DNA of 64,000 bases, from contig NC_087251.1 of assembly GCF_037042905.1 (NCBI RefSeq), positions 23,314,001 through 23,378,000 on the forward strand, written 5' to 3'. The position numbers were made by a program, and so were the translations under genes. Below, in pieces: positions 14,460-26,049 of this stretch; the stretch's first letter is position 1, and every line of letters begins with the position of its first letter. Under the pieces are notes generated by a model. It did not search any database. It had not been told where the DNA came from and saw only the letters and a list, made by a program, of their open reading frames with translations. The DNA comes from Lytechinus pictus. Taxonomy: Eukaryota.

Positions 14460-14504
14460 ATATATGAATAAAATCAATCAATCAATCAGAGTTTTATTAC
14501 TGTT

Positions 14505-14990
14505 TAACTTTCTTTTTTTTCTTTCTCTTTTTCTCCCTTTTCTCTCATTTTATCCTCTTCATTCTTCTTTTAATGTTCCTTTATTCTTCTTGTCTTTTCT
14601 CCTATACCTTACCTTACATTTCTATCTCTTCCTCTGACTCTTCTTCCTTTTCCCAACCTCCTTCCTCTGTTGGTTATTCTTCTTTTTTGTGATTTGTTTT
14701 CCCCTTCTAACTTCTCACCTTTATTTCCCGTTTACATTCTTTCTTTCTCTTTCTCTTCATTTTACCCTTTCTCTTGCTCTTTCTCCTTTCTTGTTCTCAC
14801 CCTATTAAATCTCTACCTCTTCCTTTTCTCTTCCTCTTCCCATTTTATCTTTCTTATTCTCGTCCTATTCTTATTTCTCATCCTCTTCGTCTTCTTTCTT
14901 TTTCTCATCCCATTCCTATTTCTCTACTACCCTTTTCTTTTCCTTTTCTCTTTATCCTCTTCCTCTTGGTTTGTTCTTCAACTTTTAATA
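14505..14990. repeat. Polypyrimidine (C/T-rich) low-complexity tract
   Basis: About 480 nt almost entirely C/T on the + strand, ending about 100 nt before a formin acceptor. Confidence 0.9.
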
Positions 14991-15093
14991 TTTTTAATTG
15001 GAAGATTAAATTTAGCATTCTCACTCCAGTAAGAATATATAGTGTCAGTAATAACATGTAATTGATCATATGCTGTTATGATTTTTCATCCAG

Positions 15094-15243
15094 GTTCCAT
15101 GAATTAACAGAGTGGTTCTGTGTGAAACCCAAACAAAGTGACAATGAGGTAACCCCAGCCTATTTCTTCAGTCTATGGACCCCTCTATGTAGAGACTTCA
15201 AGGATCTATGGAAGAAGGAACAAAAGGTGGCTGCTAAGAAAAA
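15094..15243 (+). CDS. FMN: Formin exon, 150 nt: [49 protein letters not shown]
   Basis: Acceptor tttttcatccag|G and donor AA|gtaaga. Matches the FMN FH2 C-terminal KPKxxxxExxPxxxFxxWxxxxxDFKxxWKxE pattern. Confidence 0.95.
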
Positions 15244-16637
15244 GTAAGATATATAATTGCAACTATGACAGCACTACGTATGAAGTAAATTGTATGAAAG
15301 ACAATTCAAAATAAAGTTGATCAGAAAGTTATATTTATTTTAGTGTTCTGTTGGTTTCCTGCTCTGACACAAAACTTAAAACTTGTCTTTTACATTTAGA
15401 CATCTATATTAAAGTAGCACATTTAGGTTTGTATCCAAGTTGAATTATACTTGTAGGCATACTCCATAATCATAGTTCTTTGCACTGATTTTGGTTTCTC
15501 TCTTATTCATTAATTGTTGTACCAATATTATTTTACAACAATAAAAAAATCTTAGCCAAAATTTGATTTTGATTTAACCCGTAGACCACAATTTTTTATA
15601 TAGCATCTGACGACTAATTATTGCAATATTACCTCCACTGCAAAAGTGACATTTTTCTTCTCTTATGATATCTAACCACAAATGCAGACAGTCATTGAGA
15701 GTTCAAAATATGGTTTTATGATTATTTAAAAAAGAAAATCAAAATTGGATAGGCTAGGGTCAAGATAGTTTAATTGTGCTAGGGTTGGACAAGAAGAGGT
15801 CATATGTTGACGTCATTATCACATGTAGAGTAGTTAGTGGCAGTGGAGACGAGAGCTTTCTTATTGACGGATATGTCAATTGATTTAAGTTCATCACAAG
15901 AGAAACCTGTTAGTTTGTACGCATGACAATGTCAGAAGACTGTGTTGATGGAAATGTGGTAACCACTGAATAACTTTTAATCGTGCAGCAAAATCTGCTA
16001 CTGCAATTAAACACTGGTCAGCAAACATCTCCTCACTGTCCCCCACCCTGCCCCCCTCCCTCTCTCTATTTTTCTCTCTCTATGATATGTCTCAGTCAAT
16101 ATATCTTGCTCTGTTTATCCTTCTCATCTATTATCAACCCTTGTTTGGCCTAAAAGGGTGTTCAGAAACTGATTGAAATTTCAGGCTGCCCCCTCCAACA
16201 CACAAAAGTTGGGATTGATGATAGGAATACTCATTGTGAGAGATTGAATTTTTTCTTGATACATAGGAAAGATATGATAAAAAAAAATTGGCCAAGTGCA
16301 AAGGGTTGCTGTTTCGGTGCCTTCCTTCAAATAAAACAAAAATAACTGAATCATTTAAGCCAACAAACTGGTTGTAGTCTGTACATGCTTATCTGTGTGC
16401 AGTGCATACTACTTTCAGCAGAATTGAGTAATCTTGTTATCTTTTGGGCCATTCCATAATTCTTCAGCAAACACCAGTTCTTTGATTCATGTTAAATGTA
16501 CTTTAAACAGTAGGATTCTATCCACCACCCTATTTTAATTCATTCAGGTAATTGATTTATCAATAGATACTAAGAGATTGATATATGTCCCTTCATGTGA
16601 GTGAAAACATTTGTCAACTTTATTTTTTCTTTCTTAG

Positions 16638-16731
16638 GTTACTTGAAAATCAGGAGTTTGTACGTCAGAAACAGGAAGAATGGAGGAAAGCTGCTCCAAT
16701 AAAAACAGGGATAAAAAAGGCCGGTGGACTG
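16638..16731 (+). CDS. FMN: Formin exon, 94 nt: (K)LLENQEFVRQKQEEWRKAAPIKTGIKKAGGL
   Basis: Acceptor ttttctttcttag|G and donor CTG|gtaaga. Phase 2/0 fits the neighbouring exons. Confidence 0.88.
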
Positions 16732-17026
16732 GTAAGATTTTCTCTTCAATTTTTCATCTGTAATTCAACGTTTAAGGATGATGAAAATACCATGTCTGTG
16801 TATTGGAGCTTTATTATCCTCTGTATGGCATTAGTTCATTGATTTACAAAAAATCTTGAGAATCCTTTCATCCTGAACTTTATTTTTATTTCTATTTTTA
16901 TTTTTTTTAAGCACATGCACACATTGGTATCAATGATGCATAAAGCATTTTCATTTATTTGATGCAAGATAAAAGATCAATGTATATAATTGATAGTTTT
17001 AATTCCCCATCAGTAATTATGGTGGT

Positions 17027-17226
17027 GATGTGATCATGATAATGATAATAACGGCAATTGAAATAATGATACAAATTGTAGTAATGTTGACTATGATGAT
17101 GATGATAATTATGATGAGGAGGAGGAGGATGGTGATGATGATGGCTCATGATGATGATGATGATGATGATGATAATGATGATGATGCTCATAATGGTGAT
17201 GTTCTTGATGGTGATGATGATGATGG
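17027..17226. repeat. Degenerate (GAT)n microsatellite
   Basis: gatgatgat runs. Source of the poly-H, poly-D and poly-I ORFs here. Confidence 0.9.
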
Positions 17227-17753
17227 CTTTAGGTTTTCGTTCCCAGTCCATTGCAATATTTCCTTTTGCACTTGATTCAAACTTGATTCAAACTTGATTC
17301 AAACTACTATCAAACTACTACTTTAACCCATATATGACCATGGGTTATTTCAAGCAGCTTTCTTTCATCAAATTAGTTTTTCAATAATATGTTATTTTCT
17401 ATCTGGAATGAAAAATGAGAGAGATAAGGAAAATATATTTTGAAAAGTTTTCACATTGCTTTTAATATAACTTTTGGGGCATTTCAGTTGCATTTGCTAA
17501 GTCAAGGATTTTAGTGATTATTTTCCTACTAAAAACATATTCTAGCATTGGATGAAAGATGTTAAATGCAAATGTTACATTTTGTATGATTTTGAGGGTG
17601 TGGCATTAATTATTTTAATTATAGGGCCGACCAACTTCAAACATTGGTTAGGTTGTCCCAAATAGTAATGTATCATTTTTTTTTCTTGAGAGATAGTGCC
17701 CCCACCTGTCTCATTATTTTTATTTTGTTTATTTGTTTTTACTCTACTTACAG

Positions 17754-17792
17754 AAAGCAAGATTGAGCAAATCAGCTTCAGTGAAATTATAG
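17754..17792 (+). CDS. FMN: Formin last coding exon: KARLSKSASVKL-stop (basic FSI-like tail)
   Basis: A long pyrimidine tract ends in cttacag|AAA. In-frame TAG at 17790-17792. The junction gives GLKARLSK, similar to the FMN1/FMN2/Capu C-termini. The seven exons total 683 nt, and with 1 nt from the upstream exon this is 228 codons. Confidence 0.85.
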   Translation, partial: KARLSKSASVKL

Positions 17793-20170
17793 GTGAGGGT
17801 TATATTCTCATCCTTTGATGGATTCAGGAGACAGGGATTGAACTTCTATACCTAACTCAGGGAATGATGTATGGATTTAATTTAGTAATCATATTTTTAT
17901 GGATTCCCAATTAGACCAGCTGAAGATGGTAATGTAATGAGCTTAGGAGTTTGTATGGCTTTTGAGTGGCTTGAAAGTATTCTTATTGAACTTTATTTAA
18001 ACTTACTGGCTGGATTATTGTTACCTTTAGGCCGTATAATGAATAGAAGTTTATAGAATACATTTGTATTGTTTGTCAGTAAGTTTGTTAGTATTGGTTC
18101 TTTGCACATACAATAAAAGGCAATGTTTTTTTGGATACCCATTTATACAGTATACATGAATTCATATTGTGCATGTTTCATTGAAAAGGGGAAAAAAATT
18201 CCAATGGATTTTACAGGGTTATAGTATGGAGACCTTCCATTACAAAAGTTGTCATCGATCCAATCAAACTGAATTATGAAAGTCGGCATTGGCATCGTTA
18301 AGCATGTCTTCGTTCTTTCAAAATGTTCTCTCTGTGACATTTTTTTTTACAAATCAGCATGCTACTTTGTGTGACAATTTTATAATGCAATTGGTTCTAA
18401 AAAAGATTTCAAGAAGAATACAAAATTCTTTGCCTGCTATAGTTGAGATTGGTTGGATTTCTTGCAACTTCTGTGAAATAAGAGCCAGGTTTTCATAATA
18501 CTGATACTTACATTAAATAATAATAAGGAGTGATGCATGAATTTCTTGGAAGTTTGAAACCTGTTTCTTGTATCACCAATACATTCCCATAATCTTGTAT
18601 TCTTTCCATAGAGGTTAGCTGATTTGAGCCATTAGTTTGTGTATTCCTACTGCAGTACTACATCGTAACAAAAAGAAATTATGTAAAATATTTATTTATG
18701 GAGAGGACATTGTCATAATGAATTTGGAAAGCCTGCAAGTCAAAGACTTGCAGAATGATTTGTCATTGTGTTTTTTGTTGTACCAAAAGATCTCACCTAC
18801 TGATCATGTGGTCAATTCAAAAACTGGATGAGATGTTCAAGGTTATTTAAACCATTGCCTGCTGGAATCATAGTTTCCTACTACAAAGACTTTTGAAATC
18901 CCAGGATACAGTATTTAATGGGTTCAGATGCCCTTTTTGTACTTGTGCTTGGACACATTTTTTTTTCAATAAACAATGCTGAAAATGCAAAATTTTGTTA
19001 AGTCATTCTTTAAACTAACTTGACATCATTTAACAAAACAATTCAGGTATAAAATTAATTCATGTATTTTTTTATTTATTGGATATCTTTGTCTTCTCCA
19101 TATCTCTTTGTTTTATTCAGGGGGTTTGCCCACTTTTAAGTGCCCGCTTCTTTTACTATTACAAGTCTGAAATTGATAAGTTTTCAACAAGTAAACATCA
19201 AGATTTGTTTTTTCTTCATTTTTTTAAATAAAAAACATCCTTATAGAAAATTTAAGAAAATTGTGTAGTTATAGGTTTACATATACATGATTATTGAATT
19301 GAACATTCAGTTAATTGAGAACGTGTAACAATACCAGAATATTGTGGTTGCATTTTATTCATAGCAATAAAAATGTACAGTATTGTAGACCTATTCGATT
19401 TTATTTAGATATCAGAGGTAAAATTATTGTCAAAATAGTTACAAAACAAAATTTGTAGGCCCAAATTCACAATAGATGCTTAGACCATAGAGATTTTTAA
19501 CTCATACCGAGGCTTGTTAACACACTAAACTTATGCCAAAGTGAGCACACATTTACCATAGTCACACTTAAAGAACAATCTAATACAGTGTATGTGTTTG
19601 TGTGCACACTTACAACAACCCAGTCAGATGATTTAACATCCACTGTGAACTTGGGCTATAATATACTTTTGCATTGACTTTTGTATATTGTCATTTTATT
19701 ATTCTGAAACACTTTTTTTTTCTATTTTGCGTTTGTATTTGTGACACATTTGATATAGAAGCCTCTTAATATCCTTCCTTTTGTTCCTTTTGCCTTTAAT
19801 TTCTTTGGTTTCTTCTTGTATTTGTGTTTTCTTGTGATCCACTTGTTCTTTTGATACTATGCTCCTATTGATTATGCACCACATTGGCTTCCATTGTTAC
19901 TAAAATCAACTGATTGTTTTGTGTGTGATGTATAGCTGAACAAATAAATCTTTAGAAATCTATGCAGATAATATTGGCAGACAAATCGGCAGATAAAGAC
20001 ACATGGTTGATGACTGAAGCAATGGACTTAATAAATTATGTTTTCAAAGGTATATCATTCATATATTGTATCAGAGGATTAACTAATGACATTTAGAGAA
20101 TGTTGCAAATGTCAGTAGAAAATTATTGTGAATCCAGTCTTATCCTTTTACATTTCCATCCATTCCCCCC

Positions 20171-20177
20171 TCTCTCT

Positions 20178-20220
<43 letters not shown>
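20171..20220. repeat. (CT)n microsatellite
   Basis: Direct reading. Confidence 0.95.
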
Positions 20221-20227
<7 letters not shown>

Positions 20228-23200
20228 CTATGTCCATTCATTTCTGAAATCTATTTGAGTTCCTTCTCATATGTTTATATATAAATAGCTGTTGTATCAT
20301 TACATAAAAACCTCTGCTGCCCTCTATTGACTGCATTTATATTATTTGTGCCTACAGAGAGAGAGAGGTAATATGGTAAAAATGTTATCACTTAATCTCA
20401 AATGTCACTTGAAATTAACTTGACAAATGGAGATTCATGAATGTGTATTTGTAAATAATAATCAGACACATACTTTCTCTTTTCATCTCTACGTGTAGTG
20501 CAATAAATTTTCCTTTCATTTTAAGCGTGCTTTACATAATGGTACTTAAATTTATTAGGGAATATGCTAATTGTAAGCTATAGTTAAAGCAGTACTGTCT
20601 ATTGATCAATATAAAGTATCAGTTTCTTTGTTTCATGAGAGATATCAAATGTGTATGTTTGCAGTGTGGTTGACTTAAAATTGCTCCCAAATTGTAAACT
20701 TTCTCTCTTATAGTTATATTTTCTAATTATTCATAAAAAAACAAAAATTGCATGAAACTTCTGTCTTTCACAATTTGTATTCAAAAGGCTGAAGTCAATG
20801 ACTTATCCCCTTTTTTTCAACTCTTCTTTGATATACATCTCAATAGAAATGTTTTGTTTTCTTTCTTTTGCATATATTCTGATTGTAAGTCTTATGTGTA
20901 TATTATAATGTAAAGTGTACACTTATTGATATTTGTATTCATGCATGTACATCTAGCTTAAAATATGTCCTCAACTTATAATATGGCTATATTATTTACT
21001 CATGTTATATTTTTGAAGTTTTGGAGTGATGATAGTTATATCTGTGCTATTTCAAAATGTGTACAAAAATAGGTTGAAATTCATTAAACTAGGCTGATGA
21101 TACTTAACTAGATTTCTTGCTTTTATATTTATATTTGAAAATATGTGTATACTGTAGTATATATCTTGAACATATCTTTTTTGTTTTGCACAAGTGTTGT
21201 GTTAATTATGTCTCCTAATACCAACAAATCTTGTTTGGTTTTGAAAGGTATGTTTTTACAGAAGAACAAGTAAAATGGCCAGGTTTCTGAACTTGGAGGG
21301 AGGTGGTTTGTTTTCTTTTTATTTCCAAACAGGTAAAAAGAAATGCAATAAAAAACATATAAAAAATAAGTAGAAAAGGATATAGATTACAATTCAGCAT
21401 AAAGCCCAATTCTGTGTTGATATAACATTAAAAACGCCATTCCATTGCATGCTAAAATTATGTTATTACAAAATGCATGAGCAATGTGCAGTGTTTGAAA
21501 AGGCATTGTAATGAAAAAAAGATAACTTGGATTATTGCAGTGAAGAACATATGAAACATTGTCATTATCCTCAATAAAGGTTTTCATGACCATTCCATGA
21601 CATTAACTGGGTTTATGATTTAATTTATAAAAGTACTACCAAAAAGACATTCCAATTTTTATGTAAAACTGAAAGGGACCTTTGTCAAATGTGCTTCTTC
21701 AGTTGTACATTGATCTGCCGATCTTTCTGCTTCATGTCTCTCACAGCTCATATAAACCTTCAAATCTTTTGTATTGCATCTCAATATGTATATATTCAAT
21801 GACCAACTCTTTTCAAATCAGGTTGCCGGTTGCATGCATTGTATTGCCAATTTGGTATAATGATTTACTAAGGTACTATGAAGGTCATTGGTCTGCCATG
21901 AAGAGTATTTTACCAACTTAGTATTGCCATAAGACGATCAACTCTCCGCTCTTTGTATAAAAATACTGAAATGTCAGATCTGTGAGAACAATTATATGTG
22001 ATCTAGTATTTGCTCTATTTACCAGCTTTGTTTGAATTGAGTTTATGGATTAATCAAAATCCAGCATGTGTTGAAAGCTTTATGGTGCATTCCCATTGCC
22101 ATATTATGTTTGTATTCATTGCTTGTACAATGTTGGATAAACCTAATTACTTGCATTAGAAGTCTATTCTGCACTGCAAGTTTGGTATGCTGATCATTGT
22201 AAAAAATCAATGAAACAAGTTCATGAAAAGAGTTGGGAGTAATAACCAGTTTTTCATTCTCTCACCTGCATGTAGATGACTGAAAATCTGAAATGATATT
22301 CAAAATTAATTGCTTTTCCATACTCTACCTGATGCCGAAAAGCATTGAGAAATAAAAAAAAAATGTACCAAAGCTTTAATCAACTATTGACATGATCTCA
22401 ATATGATTAGAAAAGTTGCATGTATATTGCAATTTACATAAGCATTTCAATGCACAATACAAACCGAATGTTATATTATGATAGTATCTTGTCTTCCATG
22501 TCTTCCTTATCCTTTTCTTTGTCATTCTTTTTTATCTTATCATCCTTCCCATTTTCGTTCTTGCAAGTGTTTTTATGGACGAATGAACTTCACATTTTTG
22601 ATACATTCAATGCGACACTGATTTGAGTTGATTTCGGGACAGAAGGTAAAAACGTAAGATTTTGCGAGGCATCGGAATGTGCTGATATGGAAAAATAAAG
22701 TACATGAGACTTCATGGTGTCATTCATGCATACCAGCTTGGAGCTTCAAGTGTAAGAATAATTGCATTGCACTTGGGAATTGGGCAATTGTAACAGTCAT
22801 GACAATTGAGTCTTCTATTGGAATAACTCTCTGTAATCAGAGTTGAGAAAAAATCAGCATGTTCATGCGCTATCTATTTGTGGATCTTGTGCAGAAAAGA
22901 AGCAACGATTTCTCTTTCCAATCCCCTGGAGGGAATTCAGTCTTTCTATTGTATATCATGTTTTATCTTTTCCTTTCTCTTAATGTAATTATATTCTCAC
23001 ATTCTCTCACAACTATCATGGTTCCCATTGCTCTGATATTTCATTACATTCCTAAGAAAATGTTTACTGTCACTAAAAGGGAACCCTGCTGTAGTAGGGT
23101 CAAGATTCATATGCTATACTTTTTTTAATGTAAGTATATGAAATTTTAATATATTCTCTTCGTCAAGTGGGATTTGTTAAACTTAGTCTGGACCAGTAGG

Positions 23201-23577
23201 CGTTTGTTTGAATTAATTATTTTCAAACAGTCATGTTAATTTTCACAACGGTATACAGCTTTAGCGTCTACCGTATTGATACAGAAATCAGTATGGATAT
23301 TTGATATCCCTTGTGAATTGCATTTGTAGATTATTACAGTGCTGACGATTGTAGGATTTTATCCATGATTAAGTTAGAATGATAGACAATGGTAGCTATA
23401 TGACTTTGTATCATGCAAATGATTTTAAGAATGGTATATATACAAAGAGAGCAATAAATTATGGAAATTTAATCTAATACTTATCTCGCCATGCTCGTAT
23501 GTTTCTTTTGTGATAGTGGAATGCTATTTTCTTCAGAAACGCATTTAGTCAACTCTGACATAGTGGATGGATGTATA

Positions 23578-23808
23578 CAGTGGTGCTAAAAAGTTAGTGA
23601 ACCCCACCAGAATATGAAAATTCTTCAAGGTTTTCAAGTTCTGCCGTCTTTTAGATATTTAATTGTGAAGTCAGGTGATAAAATATTACATTCAATAAAG
23701 TTTGTTTCTCTTGGCTCGCAGGGCATTGTACTGGTGTTGTCGACATTCAATACTCGGCATGAACTAGTGCATTTTCTAGTGGGGTTCACTAACTTTTTAG
23801 CACCAATG
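23578..23808. mobile_element. Tc1/mariner-type MITE, 231 bp
   Basis: TA|cagtggtgctaaaaagttagtgaaccccaccagaa ... ttctagtggggttcactaactttttagcaccaatg|CA: terminal inverted repeats of about 35 bp. Confidence 0.85.
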
Positions 23809-23998
23809 CACATGTATGTGTGTTAACATTTTCATTTGAATGTTATCTTATCCATTTACCGAATACTAGAAGTTTTAATGAAGTTGGAAGTTCTTGTTGA
23901 ATACATGTATTCATGGTCTCAACTTTACCCTCATGATTCAACTGATATTACATTGTAAATCTATTTCTGTTGAGATGGATTTTTAACAATACCAATCG

Positions 23999-24343
23999 TT
24001 TTGTGTGATGATGACAATGATCGAAATATTATATCATTTACCAAACTGCATAGATAAAGACACATACACTTGTAACAAAAGTAATTTTGTCGATTCCTCA
24101 ATTCAAAATGGATTTCATATATAGATTAGTCTGGTCCTGTAGATTCATTGAATGAACCTATTAACTAAAAAATTTTGTGACAATGACAATGAAGAAATAT
24201 TGATATATCATTACCAAAATACACAGGCAAAGACACCTGCATTGGTAACAAAAGTAATTTCATCGATTCCTCAATGAAAAGTGGATTTCATTTATAAATT
24301 AGTCTGATCCTGAAGATTCAGTGAATAAACTTATTGACTAAAA
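23999..24343. repeat. Diverged tandem duplication of about 175 bp
   Basis: gtaacaaaagtaattt..tcgattcctcaat and attagtctg.tcctg.agattca each occur twice, about 173 bp apart. Confidence 0.85.
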
Positions 24344-25692
24344 TCTTCAATGAAATAGTAACAGATGACCTCTACTATTGATTTGTAATTCATTTTAGGT
24401 CTTGTTTTTCTGTATTTTATTCATATGAATCGCTTCATTGTCGCCTTATTGTTTGATTTGTTTTATACCTGTTTAATAACTGGCTAGTCTTATAATGGTT
24501 GATTGGTTTTGTTTAATGGGCTCAATGACTTATCTGTCTCTATCCTGGCTGGCAGGCTCCAAAACTTTGTTCACTGGATGATCGCTTTCGTAATTGCAAA
24601 TGGCTCGCGGGTGGGGCAAGTTTAAAAGAATGATTACTTGGTTTTACGACTTGTCTATTTAATAAAGAACAGATTGGTCAAATTATCAAAAGATTAATGA
24701 CTGGTCATTTATAAGATCAATAATTTGGTCCATGATCATTATTTATCTTTTCCAAAATAATGAATTATGTCGGTGCTACCATTATAATGCGTAATTGTCA
24801 ATTTTATGTCTGATGGTCTCCATTAATACACTGTCAACCCTCATCTAGAGAACCAGTCTATCATAGTGCATTCATGGTTCAGATCTTAGCACACCTCCCC
24901 CCGGCCCCCACTACCGTGACTACCATGAAGAGGAACAAAATTGACTCGGTCATGCTCCTTACTGCCATTAAATTGACAGAAAAGTTGTATTGAGAAAGAG
25001 GTGCAGCCGATGTTCCGTGTAAAAACTCGACTAATGGGACCATGCAAATCGACATGGAGTCGACACGATATCTATTGACATTCATTTGTCATAATAAAGA
25101 CAGGATCGACTTTAAAGAATGACAAATATTTTTTTATCTGCATTCTGCTGTTCGTGTAATGAGATGCTCGTGAGGCATCAAGCCAGAAAATACCCGCCCC
25201 TTAAAGCACAGAGGATTGTATGTTTCTCGTTTGACAGATGCGCCCAACTTCCCTGCTTAAATGAATTATTTGTATTAATACAAGAAAGACAGTACGGAAA
25301 AGGAATAAAGCAATGAAAAGAGATGTAATTGTTCAGCAATGATCGATAAAAAGCACCGAGCCGTATCGAGAATACAAATATAAGTTTGTATTTAACAGGT
25401 ATTATTCCTATGGTATCAATGCCCGGTGTATTGTATGGAATGATAAGCTCCGGGCGTCATCATACTCCACCGATTATTAGCGTATTATACTTGTTTTAAA
25501 CGGGCGCCACGCAGGCGATAGAACACGACGCAATTTCGTCTTTCGGGGAGTTTTGTGCTTTTAACTTGCAAAGTCAGATCTTTCATGCCGAGAACGAGGA
25601 ATATTCCGATAAATGATCATTCTTTTCTTGGCTTTGGTCTCTTTTCGTAACGTAAATCTAGTCATACAAATGTCTCTAATCTAATAGTGGAA

Positions 25693-26049
25693 GAGCCGTG
25701 GTGTAGTGGTTCTGACTCTCGCCTTGTAAACAGAGGGTCGTGTGTTCGAATCCCACCGCGGTCTAGCGTCCTTTGGCAAGGCGTTAATCCACACTTTGCC
25801 ACTCTCGACCCAGGTGCTAAATGGGTACCCGGTAGGATGCGAAAGATATTGTATGTTTGAATTTGCCAGCGCCATAATGAGGCTGCGATGAATGCAAGGA
25901 ATGCTCCCCAGGGAGTGGAAACTGTGCACTTTTCGTGCGGGATTGAATTGAATCCAATGACCGGGGTAATAATATGCTGTAACGCGCTTTGGGCCATTCT
26001 GGGAAAAGCGCTTTATAAAAATTGGCTATTATTATTATTATTATTATTA
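25693..26049 (+). mobile_element. Apparently full-length tRNA-derived SINE with CORE-like domain and (TTA)n tail
   Basis: Pol III A box tggtgtagtgg (25699-25709), B box gttcgaatccc (25744-25754), core gtcctttggcaaggc...cccaggtgctaaatgggtacc, and 3' end aagcgctttataaaaattggc followed by (tat)n. Confidence 0.9.

Noticed and set aside
17781..17792. Peroxisomal targeting signal at the formin C-terminus (VKL)
   Set aside because: Not the canonical [SAC][KRH]L, and implausible for an FMN formin.
17793..23470. Cytoplasmic polyadenylation or AU-rich elements and a defined poly(A) site in the formin 3' UTR
   Set aside because: Many AATAAA and U-rich matches are expected by chance in such AT-rich DNA, so no single site can be chosen.
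25693..25765. Functional tRNA gene
   Set aside because: A and B boxes are present, but the sequence runs into a SINE core and tail with no Pol III terminator, so it is a SINE head.
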